From: Spirochaetia bacterium
GTDB taxonomy: Bacteria > Spirochaetota > Spirochaetia > UBA9216
DNA length: 64,000 bases
NCBI GenBank assembly: GCA_963675665.1
Contig: OY776510.1
Location: forward strand, 1,376,001-1,440,000
Reading direction: 5' to 3'
Part shown: positions 28,523 through 38,845 of the stretch, in pieces
How positions within the stretch are numbered: the first letter of the stretch is position 1
Layout of the letters: every line of letters begins with the position of its first letter
Program-made: the position numbers and the translations under genes
Notes under the pieces: model-generated
The model's input: only the letters and a program-made list of their open reading frames with translations
The model's database searches: none
What the model was told of the DNA's origin: nothing

Positions 28523-29830
28523 ATGAAAAATATTTACGGGTTTGAGACAATAAGTATTCACGGAGGTTTCCAGGGGGATGCTGCAACCGGTTCAAGGGCC
28601 GTACCGGTTTACAGATCCGCTGCGTACCTGTTTCGTGATACGGATCATGCAGCCAGGCTTTTCAATCTCGAGGAAAGCGGCAATATCTACACACGTCTTG
28701 GTAATCCTACACAGGCGGTGCTAGAAGAGCGTGTTGCTGCGCTTGAGGGGGGCTCTGCGGCTGTAGCTCTCGCTTCCGGTACAAACGCCATTTTTTATGC
28801 CGTGATTAATATCTGCCGCCAGGGTGATGAAATTGCAGCTTCGAAGAACCTGTACGGCGGAACATATACAATGTTTAATGATATCCTTCCTTCATATGGA
28901 ATTAAAACCAACTTTTTTGATCTGAACGATAAAGAAAACCTGCAGGAAGCTGTTACAGACAAAACAAAGCTTGTATTCACTGAAACAATCGGAAATCCGG
29001 GACTCGATGTCGCAGACCTGAAAATGCTTACTGATACTGCGCATTCTTTCGGGATACCGCTGGTTGTCGATAATACGTTTGCAACTCCCTACCTTTGCCG
29101 GCCAATAGAGCACGGCGCCGATATAGTTGTTCATTCATTGACGAAATGGATTTGCGGTCACGGTACCGGAATCGGCGGCATTGTCGTTGATTCCGGCAGG
29201 TTTGACTGGAGCAGCGGAAAATTCCCTCTGATGACGGAGCCCGACAGCAGTTATCACGGGCTTCGTTACGCATTGGATCTCGGAGATTTAAACCCGGTCG
29301 GCTATGCCGTTCGTCTGAGACTTGTACCGTTAAGGAACCTGGGCGGGTGTATTGCTCCGGATAATGTATGGATGTTCCTGCAGGGCCTTGAAACCCTCTC
29401 ACTGCGAATGGACAGGCACAGCAGTAACGCTCTTAAAGCGGCTGAGTTTCTTCAAACGCATCCGGCTGTTTCCTGGGTAAGATATCCCGGGCTTGCTTCC
29501 GATAAATCCTTCCCGGTCGCGCAGCAGCTTCTTAAATCCCCTGCCGGGAAACCCGGTTTCGGCGGGATGGTTGTTTTCGGGATAAATGGGGGAAGAACCG
29601 CCGGCGGGAAATTTGTAAATTCGCTCAAACTTTTCAGTCATCTGGCAAATGTGGGCGATGCAAAATCGCTTGCAATCCATCCTGCCTCCACAACGCATTC
29701 ACAGCTGGACGCCGCTGCCCTGGAAGCTGCCGGGGTCGGTGAAGATCTTATAAGGCTGTCGGTCGGGATTGAATCCGAAGAGGATATTCTTGCGGATCTG
29801 GATCAGGCCCTGGCAGCCGCATCGAAATAA
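28523..29830 (+). CDS. metY: O-acetylhomoserine aminocarboxypropyltransferase (sulfhydrylase)
   Basis: [42 protein letters not shown]. Confidence 0.92.
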   Translation: MKNIYGFETISIHGGFQGDAATGSRAVPVYRSAAYLFRDTDHAARLFNLEESGNIYTRLGNPTQAVLEERVAALEGGSAAVALASGTNAIFYAVINICRQGDEIAASKNLYGGTYTMFNDILPSYGIKTNFFDLNDKENLQEAVTDKTKLVFTETIGNPGLDVADLKMLTDTAHSFGIPLVVDNTFATPYLCRPIEHGADIVVHSLTKWICGHGTGIGGIVVDSGRFDWSSGKFPLMTEPDSSYHGLRYALDLGDLNPVGYAVRLRLVPLRNLGGCIAPDNVWMFLQGLETLSLRMDRHSSNALKAAEFLQTHPAVSWVRYPGLASDKSFPVAQQLLKSPAGKPGFGGMVVFGINGGRTAGGKFVNSLKLFSHLANVGDAKSLAIHPASTTHSQLDAAALEAAGVGEDLIRLSVGIESEEDILADLDQALAAASK

Positions 29831-29842
29831 AGGAGGAATGTA

Positions 29843-30772
29843 ATGCCGATAACAATACCTGAAAATCTTCCGGCTACCGGAATCCTTCAGAATGAAAATA
29901 TTTTCGTCATGAATGAAGAACGCGCGCATACGCAGGACATCAGGCCGCTCAGTATAGGAATTTTGAACCTTATGCCCACAAAGGTGGAAACCGAAACTCA
30001 GCTGTTGCGTCTGCTCGGGAATTCGCCGCTTCAGGTTGAGATAGATCTTTTAAAAACGGAAAGCTATTCTTCAAAAAACACCTCGGAGGAGCATCTGCTT
30101 GAATTTTACAAGCCGGTATCCGAGGCGTTCGGCAAATGTTACGACGGTTTTATAATTACAGGAGCCCCTGTTGAACTGATGGAATTCACTGAGGTTGATT
30201 ACTGGGACGAGCTTGCACAGGTCTTTGACTGGGCCGACGAGCATGTTTATTCGCTTCTGACGATCTGCTGGGGGGCTCAGGCCGCGTTATATCATTATTA
30301 CGGTATTCCCAAGGTGCTTATGGAACAGAAGCTTTCCGGGGTTTATGAACACAGGGTACTGGAAAGAAATAATAAACTGGTACGCGGTTTTGACGACAGG
30401 TTTTTTGTGCCGCACTCAAGACACACCACGGTAAACCGGGAAGAAATACTTCGCCGTCCGGCTCTTCGCCTCCTGGCTGAATCCAATCTTGCCGGTGTTT
30501 ATCTTACTGCAAGCGAGGATTTGAGACGGGTGTTTGTTACCGGCCACAGTGAATATGACCCGGGCACCCTTCGTTATGAATACGAACGTGACCTGTCCCG
30601 GGGTCTTGACCCGTCGGTTCCGGCGAATTATTTTCAGGGCGACAACCCGGATAACGAACCAATGGTGAGATGGCGCAGCCATGCCAACCTGCTTTTTGTG
30701 AACTGGCTCAATTATGCCGTCTACCAGGAAACGCCCTACGAAATTGATAATATCGGCTGCCGGAAACAGTAA
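29843..30772 (+). CDS. metA: Homoserine O-acyltransferase, MetA family (probably acetyl-CoA-specific)
   Basis: QDIRPL, LNLMP, ITGAPVE, ICWGAQA, PHSRH, GHSEY. Glu in GAPVE marks the acetyltransferase type. Confidence 0.92.
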   Translation: MPITIPENLPATGILQNENIFVMNEERAHTQDIRPLSIGILNLMPTKVETETQLLRLLGNSPLQVEIDLLKTESYSSKNTSEEHLLEFYKPVSEAFGKCYDGFIITGAPVELMEFTEVDYWDELAQVFDWADEHVYSLLTICWGAQAALYHYYGIPKVLMEQKLSGVYEHRVLERNNKLVRGFDDRFFVPHSRHTTVNREEILRRPALRLLAESNLAGVYLTASEDLRRVFVTGHSEYDPGTLRYEYERDLSRGLDPSVPANYFQGDNPDNEPMVRWRSHANLLFVNWLNYAVYQETPYEIDNIGCRKQ

Positions 30773-30840
30773 CCTGCCTGCGGCCGCCGGCTAACCATTA
30801 AACTGTAAAAAAGCGTTTGCAACTGTCCGATACTTTAACT

Positions 30841-31953
30841 ATGAAGAAGCAGTGTTTCTTTCTGTTGGTGTTAGTTCTGTTTTTTCCTGTACTATCTGTA
30901 GCACAGGACCTCTCGATCGGGGCTGAAGATCTGGTAATTGAGCAGAGCCTTGAAGGCGGTTACAATCTGTGGATAAGGCAAAAACCCGGAATGGAATCGG
31001 TTTTACTGACCGAATCAACGGAAGATCCGGAACGCAAAGCTGCTTCATACGCATTACGGGCGACAAAATACAATCCTTATAACGGTGATGAAAAACGCAT
31101 GCTCAACGGAGAGTTTCTTGATCCCGAATCCGGAATTTACTCCCTGATTGATTCGACGCCTGAGCCCTATAAAGAGTTCGGTTCCGCTTTCAGAATATTT
31201 ATTCCGTATATTGTTGTTTACGGTTACAGCTGGAGCCGTCAGGGCGAGATACTTGTTGTCGACGGCACATATCTGAGCGTCAGGGCTTTCGGGGCGAAAT
31301 ATGCAGATTATTCCGGCGGGTTTCAGGATAATCCTTTTATACTGAAGGTGGTCCAGAAACCTATGGAAGGGCCGCCTGAAGGCAACTATATGGAAGATAC
31401 CGTTAAAACGTATACCGAGATAGCCGAGGAGGGCGGAGGTCGTGCAATCTACTGCAAGGGCGAAGAGGATCTTTTAAATGCCCTGAATGATGTGCTTGAA
31501 GAGGTCGACAGCGGAAGCCTTGACCTTGTTCTTGCGCTTGATACGACGGCAAGTATGGAAAACGACATTCCGTGGCTAAAACGCGAGCTTGTCCCGCTGC
31601 TTCATGATCAGACTGAAGGTTACGCTCATTTCCGGTTCGGTATGGTTCTTTACCGCGATTATCATGAGGATTACCTGACCCGTGTGAGACCGTTTCAGAA
31701 CGATCTGGACGGGGTTCAGGGCATAATAAACCGCACCACAGTTTTCGGCGGTCGTGATATCCCCGAAGCTGTTTATGAGGCTTTGTATGAAGGGATTCAC
31801 GCTTTCGCCTGGACGGCTGACGACCGTAAACTTATCCTGATTGGAGACGCGCCTCCGCACGAGCGGCCGCGCGGCAAGGTGACCAAGGAAATGGTTTATG
31901 ATGATGCCGCAGCTGTTAATATTGAAATAACAACGATTATACTGCCGCAGTAA
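30841..31953 (+). CDS. Secreted protein with a C-terminal von Willebrand factor A domain
   Basis: Signal peptide; MIDAS DTTAS, GGRDIPE, IGDAPPH. Confidence 0.8.
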   Translation: MKKQCFFLLVLVLFFPVLSVAQDLSIGAEDLVIEQSLEGGYNLWIRQKPGMESVLLTESTEDPERKAASYALRATKYNPYNGDEKRMLNGEFLDPESGIYSLIDSTPEPYKEFGSAFRIFIPYIVVYGYSWSRQGEILVVDGTYLSVRAFGAKYADYSGGFQDNPFILKVVQKPMEGPPEGNYMEDTVKTYTEIAEEGGGRAIYCKGEEDLLNALNDVLEEVDSGSLDLVLALDTTASMENDIPWLKRELVPLLHDQTEGYAHFRFGMVLYRDYHEDYLTRVRPFQNDLDGVQGIINRTTVFGGRDIPEAVYEALYEGIHAFAWTADDRKLILIGDAPPHERPRGKVTKEMVYDDAAAVNIEITTIILPQ

Positions 31954-32037
31954 GTAAAAATACCTATAATAAAACCATTGCGATCAGCTGTTTTTCAGGC
32001 AATAATAACAGATACTATTTTATTGATGGAGAAAAGT

Positions 32038-32910
32038 ATGAAAAGAAAAACATTTATTATTTTAACGGCGTTGGTTCTGCTTCTATTACTGACTTCCTGT
32101 CCGTCGCCCCCTTCGATTATGGGCGGAAGGGTATTGATGATGGGAGATCATTTTATGTTTGATCAATTCTATGATTACGGGTATCAAGCCTGGTATCTGA
32201 ATTCCGACGGGACCTATGAGCGGATAGGCAAGGACTGGGACGCTGCTGCTGACGAGTATGTGCAGCAATGGGGCACCAAAGGCACCTACACCTACGATAA
32301 ACAAACCTGTCTTCTGACCATATCGCCTGCAGAAGGATGGGGCTGGGGAGGCGACGAAGAATACGCGGTTATTGCCGATCTGTATGAGGAACAGGCTCCG
32401 GAGATCGATTCATGGACCATGACACGTTCCTTTTCATATTATTTTACCGACAACGGAATGTATGAAGCGTACATGGCGCAGCCGGACGGAAGCTGGACCT
32501 ATACGGAATTTTATTCATCGAAAGAAACCGAGGACGGGACCGAAACCGAGTATAATGACTGGTATACAAGAACCTATGACATCAGCAGTACGGAACTGAA
32601 GTATACTGAACTCAATACCTATAAGGACCGGGACGACACAACTGTAACGAACGAAGAGCGCTACCGCGAAGAAGGCATGGTGCGCAGAATGGCTCCGACC
32701 GATATAGAGTGGAAAGCAGGTGAAGTTGTGACTTTCTATTATGGGCCTGAAACAAGAGTAGAAGAAGTCTGGAATTCAACAACTGATGCATGGGATATTA
32801 CCTGGGACGGTTCCGACAGTACTTCCAATTGGGACAGAACGTTTGTCCATCTCGGTGATTTTGTTCTCAGGGTTGAGTCCGCGTCTTCAAAAGACCTGAT
32901 TATCGAGTAG
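32038..32910 (+). CDS. Hypothetical lipoprotein (acidic, W/Y/T-rich)
   Basis: Lipobox LLTS-C after a hydrophobic leader. Confidence 0.7.
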   Translation: MKRKTFIILTALVLLLLLTSCPSPPSIMGGRVLMMGDHFMFDQFYDYGYQAWYLNSDGTYERIGKDWDAAADEYVQQWGTKGTYTYDKQTCLLTISPAEGWGWGGDEEYAVIADLYEEQAPEIDSWTMTRSFSYYFTDNGMYEAYMAQPDGSWTYTEFYSSKETEDGTETEYNDWYTRTYDISSTELKYTELNTYKDRDDTTVTNEERYREEGMVRRMAPTDIEWKAGEVVTFYYGPETRVEEVWNSTTDAWDITWDGSDSTSNWDRTFVHLGDFVLRVESASSKDLIIE

Positions 32911-32934
32911 TCAACAGAAAGAAGATATTATATG

Positions 32935-32974
32935 GTCGGGAGTCGGGTTCCAAACCCTGTTCCCGGCTTTTTTT
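32935..32974 (+). terminator. Rho-independent terminator
   Basis: GTCGGGA..GGGTT/AACCC..TCCCGGC followed by a T run, between convergent genes. Confidence 0.6.
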
Positions 32975-32989
32975 GGGTTAAGGTTCAGC

Positions 32990-33403
32990 TTATTCGGAGG
33001 GTTTTTCCGGGAGCTGCTCGACAGCATTTCCTTCTATGATATCAATAAGTTTTTTCGCCAGAACTTCCGGCCACGCAGGCAGAATTTCGGCTTCGGGTCG
33101 GCTGTATTTTTCCAGAATACCGTTAAACAGTCTGAGTGCAGTTTCATGATCATCCATTTTGTAGTAAAGCAATGCTATTTCGTATTCTGCTTCAATGATT
33201 AAAAGCGGTTTGTCGGGATACCGTTCAATAAACGTATTGTAATACAGCAAGGCTCTCTCGTAATTTTTATAGTCTGTTGCTTCAGATTGTGCTTCCTGAA
33301 AAAACTCTCCCGGGGTCAAATTGTCGGGGATTTCGGTATCAGTGGTCTGGCAGGCTGAATATAACAATACAGCCAAAATTATAACTGCGAAAATTCTTTT
33401 CAT
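32990..33403 (-). CDS. TPR-repeat lipoprotein (BamD/YbgF-like)
   Basis: Lipobox YSA-C; TPR pattern YERALLYY..IERYP..AEYEIALLYY. Confidence 0.75.
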   Translation of the reverse strand: MKRIFAVIILAVLLYSACQTTDTEIPDNLTPGEFFQEAQSEATDYKNYERALLYYNTFIERYPDKPLLIIEAEYEIALLYYKMDDHETALRLFNGILEKYSRPEAEILPAWPEVLAKKLIDIIEGNAVEQLPEKPSE

Positions 33404-33418
33404 GCGGGTATTCTAAGA

Positions 33419-33751
33419 TTAATTGGAGCCTGTGTAAACCTCATCCTTTATCGGCAGGGTTTTTTTAAGTTCCTTAATAAACTCGCGAGGATCTCCCATT
33501 GGTTCATAATAAGGACATGACTCAGGACTTCTGCGGGCAACAGTGAAGTATTTATAGATCTTTTCCTCACCGAGTTTCTTTTTCCACATGCCTGCATCGC
33601 ATCTTACTCTGAGAGTATACTGGCTTCCCGAACCGGTTTTTGATCTGATAAGTTTGCAGTGGACACAGTTGGCACAGTAGATTTTGTGGCTTGATAACTC
33701 AGCTATTGAGTCATTGGTGCTGAATACTTCTGCTGTCTGAGCGGTACTCAT
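33419..33751 (-). CDS. Small Cys-rich hypothetical protein
   Basis: CANCVHC..C..C; SD GGAGG before MSTAQ. Confidence 0.7.
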   Translation of the reverse strand: MSTAQTAEVFSTNDSIAELSSHKIYCANCVHCKLIRSKTGSGSQYTLRVRCDAGMWKKKLGEEKIYKYFTVARRSPESCPYYEPMGDPREFIKELKKTLPIKDEVYTGSN

Positions 33752-33874
33752 GGAATTCCTCCATTTTTTATTAATTATCATTTATTAATCGACGCTTTTA
33801 CGCATATTATTTAGGGTTCACTACACTAAATATCGATATTAACATTATAACACAAAAAATATATAATTGATCAT

Positions 33875-34582
33875 ATGATTGCAACTATTGTTAATTGTAT
33901 CACAGTCTTCATCGGATCGCTCCTTGGTGTTAAACTCACGGCCCGAATTAACGAAAAACTAAAGGATGTTCTGTTTATTTGTATCGGAATAATTTCGCTG
34001 GTTATAGGAATAAGGATGTGTTTTGAATTTACCAAAACGCTCTATGTTGTTATTTCGCTGACCATAGGCGGATTAATTGGATATCTTTTTGATATTGATT
34101 CAGCCATTCTGCGTTTCGGGAGTTTTCTTGAGAGGCATACAAGCAGAAAGGACAAAGACGACGAAAGCAGTTTTGCTCACGGGTTTTTAAACGCTTCCGT
34201 ATTGTTTTGCGTTGGAGCAATGACCATAGTCGGTTCAATCCGGGCCGGAGCAGCCCGGGATTATGAGCTGCTGCTGACAAAATCCGTAATGGACGGAATA
34301 TCTTCGGTAATCTTTGCCGCAGGCATGGGTATAGGCGTTGCTTTTTCAATTATTTCCATTCTGGTAATACAGGGCGGACTGACGCTGCTTGCCATGGCAG
34401 TCGGCGATTTTATTCCGGCCCTCGTTATATCCGAGATTTCCGGGCTTGGCGGTATTCTGATTATCATGATCGGGCTGAATCTGCTGAAACTGAAAGAGAT
34501 TAAGACTGCCAATTTCCTTCCGTCGCTGTTAATTGTCGGAATTCTGGCCGCAATCGATCCCTGGCTGCCGTTCAACATATAA
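33875..34582 (+). CDS. DUF554 (YdfK/YqgA-like) membrane protein
   Basis: TIVN, LFCVGAM, KSVMDG, KTANFLP. Confidence 0.88.
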   Translation: MIATIVNCITVFIGSLLGVKLTARINEKLKDVLFICIGIISLVIGIRMCFEFTKTLYVVISLTIGGLIGYLFDIDSAILRFGSFLERHTSRKDKDDESSFAHGFLNASVLFCVGAMTIVGSIRAGAARDYELLLTKSVMDGISSVIFAAGMGIGVAFSIISILVIQGGLTLLAMAVGDFIPALVISEISGLGGILIIMIGLNLLKLKEIKTANFLPSLLIVGILAAIDPWLPFNI

Positions 34583-34616
34583 AAAAAAGGGCGGATCTGA
34601 ACGATCGGCCCTTTTT
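34581..34616. terminator. Bidirectional terminator
   Basis: A-run, GGGCGGATC/GATCGGCCC stem, T-run, between convergent genes. Confidence 0.75.
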
Positions 34617-34633
34617 AATCTTAATAATGTCGA

Positions 34634-35959
34634 TTAATCAGCGAATTCTTCATGTTCGTCGACAATGGCTATGTGTACGGGCTTGCCGTTGACGCCCTCA
34701 AGTTGTTCAATTCGGGCTACGGCATCCCTGATATTACCTTCTTTTGTGCAATAAGTAGTAATTACTATGGGAACAGCTGAATGGCTGCCCGATGTAGGTT
34801 CTTTCTGAAGAGCGGATGCAATGCTGATATTTCGTTCAGCAAGAATGGCGGAAAGTTTACTGAGCATTCCCGGCTCGTCTTTCACCATTGCGCGCATATA
34901 GTATTTGCTCTCGTATTCTTCTACGGGAAGCTGAACGACATTCCCGGTTTTGTCCGGCCATATGTTCATCGTGTCGAACTGGATTTTTGTAATTCCCATG
35001 GCGGCCGAAATAATATCAGCAACAACCGCTGATGCTGTAGGCGAACCGCCCGCGCCGCGACCGTAATACATGGTATGACCGACGCTGCTGCCGTAAACAC
35101 TGACAGCGTTAAAAGGTCCGCTTACCCATGCAAGCGGGTGCTCTTTTGATATAAACGCCGGCGCAACCCTCAGGCTGATGCCGTTTTCCTTTCGCTGTGC
35201 TATTGCAAGCAGTTTTACAATATACCCAAGTTCTGCACCGTATTTTACATCCGTCAGATCCAGAGAGTCGATACCCTGGATTGAAAGTTTGTCGTATTCA
35301 ATATGCCTGCCGAATGAAAGCGCGGCCATGATTGCAAGCTTGTGAGATGAATCTCCGCCTGTTACGTCAAGGGTCGGATCTGCTTCAGCGAGGCCGTCTC
35401 TCTGGGCTTCGGAAAGAGCATCGGCGTAACTCTGGCCTTTCTGTGTCATTTCGGTAAGGATGTAATTGCAGGTTCCGTTTACTATACCGTAGAACGCGTC
35501 AATACGGTTTGCGGAAAGGCCGTCGCAGAGCGCTCTGATAATCGGAATGCCGCCACCGCATGAAGCTTCAAATCCTATTGCTGTATTATTCGAGCGGGCT
35601 GTTGCCATAAGCGACGGACCGTGAATAGCCAGAAGCGCCTTGTTGGCTGTAACCACCTGCCTTCCGGATTTCAGGATTTTTTCCGTTATGTCTTTTGCAA
35701 TTGTAGTGCCGCCTATTGTTTCCACGCATATTGTGATTTCCGGATCGGCAAGGACTTTATCCAGATCTGTTTCGAAAAATGACGAATCTATTCCCATCTG
35801 CTGAGCCTTGCTGAAGTTGACATCAACGATATACTTGAGATTAAGCTCAAGCCCGGTTCTGCTTTTCAGCAGTTCCTTATCGTTGATCAATAACCTGGCA
35901 GTTGCGCCGCCGACGATGCCGCAGCCTACTACCGCAACGCCGATTTTCTTTGTTGACAT
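34634..35959 (-). CDS. hom: Homoserine dehydrogenase with C-terminal ACT domain
   Basis: GCGIVGG, VTANKA, EASCGGGIP, NGTCNYIL, AEADPTLD, GRGAG, DEPGML. Confidence 0.93.
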   Translation of the reverse strand: MSTKKIGVAVVGCGIVGGATARLLINDKELLKSRTGLELNLKYIVDVNFSKAQQMGIDSSFFETDLDKVLADPEITICVETIGGTTIAKDITEKILKSGRQVVTANKALLAIHGPSLMATARSNNTAIGFEASCGGGIPIIRALCDGLSANRIDAFYGIVNGTCNYILTEMTQKGQSYADALSEAQRDGLAEADPTLDVTGGDSSHKLAIMAALSFGRHIEYDKLSIQGIDSLDLTDVKYGAELGYIVKLLAIAQRKENGISLRVAPAFISKEHPLAWVSGPFNAVSVYGSSVGHTMYYGRGAGGSPTASAVVADIISAAMGITKIQFDTMNIWPDKTGNVVQLPVEEYESKYYMRAMVKDEPGMLSKLSAILAERNISIASALQKEPTSGSHSAVPIVITTYCTKEGNIRDAVARIEQLEGVNGKPVHIAIVDEHEEFAD

Positions 35960-36072
35960 TGAATTCTCCTGAATTATTAAAGAGGTATAACTCTCATATT
36001 TTGTCAAATCCTAGCCGGATGATTCTTTTTAGTCAAGAGAAGCAACTCATAAAGTGATAAGTCAGTGAATCA

Positions 36073-37569
36073 TTATTTTATAAATTCCAGAAATTTTCGT
36101 ACCAGTTCTTCATTCTGGTTCGGCACGACAACCGTTGAACCCTTCACCAGCGAATGGAGAGTTTTCGTATTCATAATAACATCAGCAAGATGGTTGAAGG
36201 ATTCGGATAATGCCGTGGGCGGAATCTTTTTATCAAGAGATTTTAATAAATTTGAAAGCCTGGCAAGTCTGAAAGAGGTTATCATTTGGGAGGTTGTAAG
36301 GCTTCTGTTCCAGGGCCATGCGGCGCTTCCCGCACAAAGTCCGGGATGAAAATTATTCATGACCTCCGGTTTAAAACCCGGAAGCCCCGGGACCGGGTAG
36401 AACAGTGAGATGCCCGTAAGCGTTGGAAGCCGGTGAAGTGTAAGCAGGTTATCCAGAACGGTTTCCGGTGATTCTCCTTCAAGGCCGCAGATGAAATATG
36501 TTGTTGATGTCGCTCCTCCCGCGGTTACTGCTTCCACAACGGTGTTCAGTCTGTCGGGAGAGTTTTTACGGTTTTCTTTATCAAGCAGCCCCTGGCTGCT
36601 TGATGCCATGGACAGGTTGAATGATCCGAAACCGTAATTAATCAGCCTGTCGACAAGCTTTACGTCAAGCAGCGTATAATCAAGCCCGTTCTCGGCGGAA
36701 AATTCGGCATTGGGAAACCTTTCTTTTATAATATCAAGAACCTCAAAAAAATATTCCGCTGCAAACAGAAGGTTGTCATCTTCAAAATTGACATGAACAT
36801 TTAAATCGCCGGGAATATTTTCGATACCGCGCCTGATATCATCAAGCCGGCATTTCCGAAATACACGTCCGTGAACAAGATGGTTCGAACAGAACCGGCA
36901 TGATTTTGGACAGCCTCGGGTCAGCATCGTTGAGATGTATCTTATGCCTTTACGCCGGGAAATGCCGGTCTCGTTCCAGCTGAAAACAGGTTCATCTGAA
37001 ACAGGGGGGTCTGCAGCCGCAAAGAAGCCGGGAATAACAGTCTCGGCCTCTCCCGGCAGAACATAATCAATGAAGGCTGCATTAGAGCTGTTCCTGAAAA
37101 AGTCCGGGTTGACTGTCACGCCGGCGCCGCCGGCGATTACAGGTGTTCGGGGCATAAGCTGTTTAACTGCTGCAGCCAGGCTGATTGTCCCGGCTGCGTA
37201 GGCCCATGCGAAGCAGGATATGAATACGTATTCGGGGGGAAACGATGCTATTATTTCAGCGCATTCGGCGTACGACGGGCCGTAGCGGTGCCAGCCGGTG
37301 AAAAACGCCAGGGGGCTGCTTTCGCCGGGAATGATGTGCGGTCTCAGATGCTCAAGTTCGTGCGGCAGCTGCAGATTAGCAGGTTTTCTTTTCATTCCGG
37401 GAAAATTGAGCACCAGCGAATTTATTCCCAGCCTGTCGAGAACAATCTGTAGCGACGACGCGCCAAGCGCCGATGCGCGCGAGGGGGTGAAGTAAAAGTC
37501 CTCGACCGGCGGAACAGCAATCAGGGCTTTATATTTGCGGTTTATTTTTTCTGTTCCTGAAGTGTCCAT
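36073..37569 (-). CDS. B12-binding radical SAM protein
   Basis: IAGG..GEAE cobalamin-domain signature, TRGCPKSCRFC, FEDDNL. Start uncertain; it overlaps the upstream gene. Confidence 0.8.
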   Translation of the reverse strand: MDTSGTEKINRKYKALIAVPPVEDFYFTPSRASALGASSLQIVLDRLGINSLVLNFPGMKRKPANLQLPHELEHLRPHIIPGESSPLAFFTGWHRYGPSYAECAEIIASFPPEYVFISCFAWAYAAGTISLAAAVKQLMPRTPVIAGGAGVTVNPDFFRNSSNAAFIDYVLPGEAETVIPGFFAAADPPVSDEPVFSWNETGISRRKGIRYISTMLTRGCPKSCRFCSNHLVHGRVFRKCRLDDIRRGIENIPGDLNVHVNFEDDNLLFAAEYFFEVLDIIKERFPNAEFSAENGLDYTLLDVKLVDRLINYGFGSFNLSMASSSQGLLDKENRKNSPDRLNTVVEAVTAGGATSTTYFICGLEGESPETVLDNLLTLHRLPTLTGISLFYPVPGLPGFKPEVMNNFHPGLCAGSAAWPWNRSLTTSQMITSFRLARLSNLLKSLDKKIPPTALSESFNHLADVIMNTKTLHSLVKGSTVVVPNQNEELVRKFLEFIK

Positions 37570-38780
37570 GTTTTTAACAGGTCCGGCAGATTCATGGATT
37601 CGGGGTCTTCTGCGCACTGATTGGCAAGCCAGGGAATTATTACGTCATTTCTGATTGACATCCAGTCGGCAGGAAGATTTTCAGGAAACGCCAGATAATC
37701 ATTCGGGGGAATATTCCCTATCAGGACCGGATAAAACTCAGGCATAACAAGCTCGTTCACACTTTGAACTGAAGAAAGTCCGTTGCAAATGCCGAAGCTG
37801 CGGGTCCGCTTAAACTGGGATGCCTCAAGCAGCGATTTCTGGGTTTTTTCATTAAACAGCCATATGATGAATTCCAGAGCCGCTTTTTTTTTGTCCGACT
37901 TTTCAGGTATTCCAATATAGACTATGTCTTCACATACGGGAATTGAAGACTCGCTTCCAAGCCATTTAAACTCGAGTGTAGAGCGATCGTTGGCCGGAAT
38001 TGTGAAGAACTCTCTCAGGGTAGTATAATAATAGCCGATTCTTCCGGCATTGAGCAGTTTGTAACCCGGATCATAACAGTATGTAAGGGTAAAATCCTGT
38101 TCTTCCTGAAGACCGGAATTTATGTTTTCAGTCCAGTCCCTGCAGAATTCAACCGAAGCTGCGAGCTGCGTATCATTCCAGATCAGGCTTCCGTCTGCCG
38201 CTTCGGAAAAATCGCTTCCGTTGATAAAAGCGTTATACAGCATGAAGTCAGGCGTCCAGGATGGGGCAAAACCTTTTACCCTGAAACTGTCGGTGCTGGA
38301 TTCGTTAAAAAGTTCTGCTTCCGCTTTCAGTTTTTCGGGAGAAATCGTCAATCCCGGGTTTTCTTCAGACAAACTGCCTCTTTTGTACATTATAGCCGGA
38401 ATGTTGAATGAAACCGGAAGAACCAGGGTCTCTGTTCTTTTACCGAGATCACAGAGATCGGAATACAGGATCTCTGTATTAATCAGCCCGTCTTCCATTG
38501 CTTTGTCGAAAGGATGGAACGCTGTGATGACAGAATTTGACGCCAGAGCTTCCGCAAGTACGATGTCGGGAGCCCCGTCGGATACAAGCTTCTGGTAATC
38601 GCCCGGATTTTCAGCATAAACCAATTCGATACGGTAATCCGATTGGGACGCATTATACAGTTCTATATATGCCGCTGCTTCAGGAATATCCGTCCAGAGA
38701 ATAACTGTTTTCTGTTCAATCAGGAAACATCCGGTAAGAAGCGGCAGAACAAACATGGCCGCAAAAATTATCTTCCTCAT
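37542..38780 (-). CDS. Extracellular solute-binding lipoprotein (family 1-like)
   Basis: Lipobox LTG-C; ELYNASQ, LPVSFNIP, AALEFIIWL. Confidence 0.75.
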   Translation of the reverse strand: MRKIIFAAMFVLPLLTGCFLIEQKTVILWTDIPEAAAYIELYNASQSDYRIELVYAENPGDYQKLVSDGAPDIVLAEALASNSVITAFHPFDKAMEDGLINTEILYSDLCDLGKRTETLVLPVSFNIPAIMYKRGSLSEENPGLTISPEKLKAEAELFNESSTDSFRVKGFAPSWTPDFMLYNAFINGSDFSEAADGSLIWNDTQLAASVEFCRDWTENINSGLQEEQDFTLTYCYDPGYKLLNAGRIGYYYTTLREFFTIPANDRSTLEFKWLGSESSIPVCEDIVYIGIPEKSDKKKAALEFIIWLFNEKTQKSLLEASQFKRTRSFGICNGLSSVQSVNELVMPEFYPVLIGNIPPNDYLAFPENLPADWMSIRNDVIIPWLANQCAEDPESMNLPDLLKTWTLQEQKK

Positions 38781-38845
38781 ATAAAATGAATTTAAGGGTA
38801 TGGCTGCGGGTTGTCAATCCCGCAGGTTATCAGGATAATAATGCT

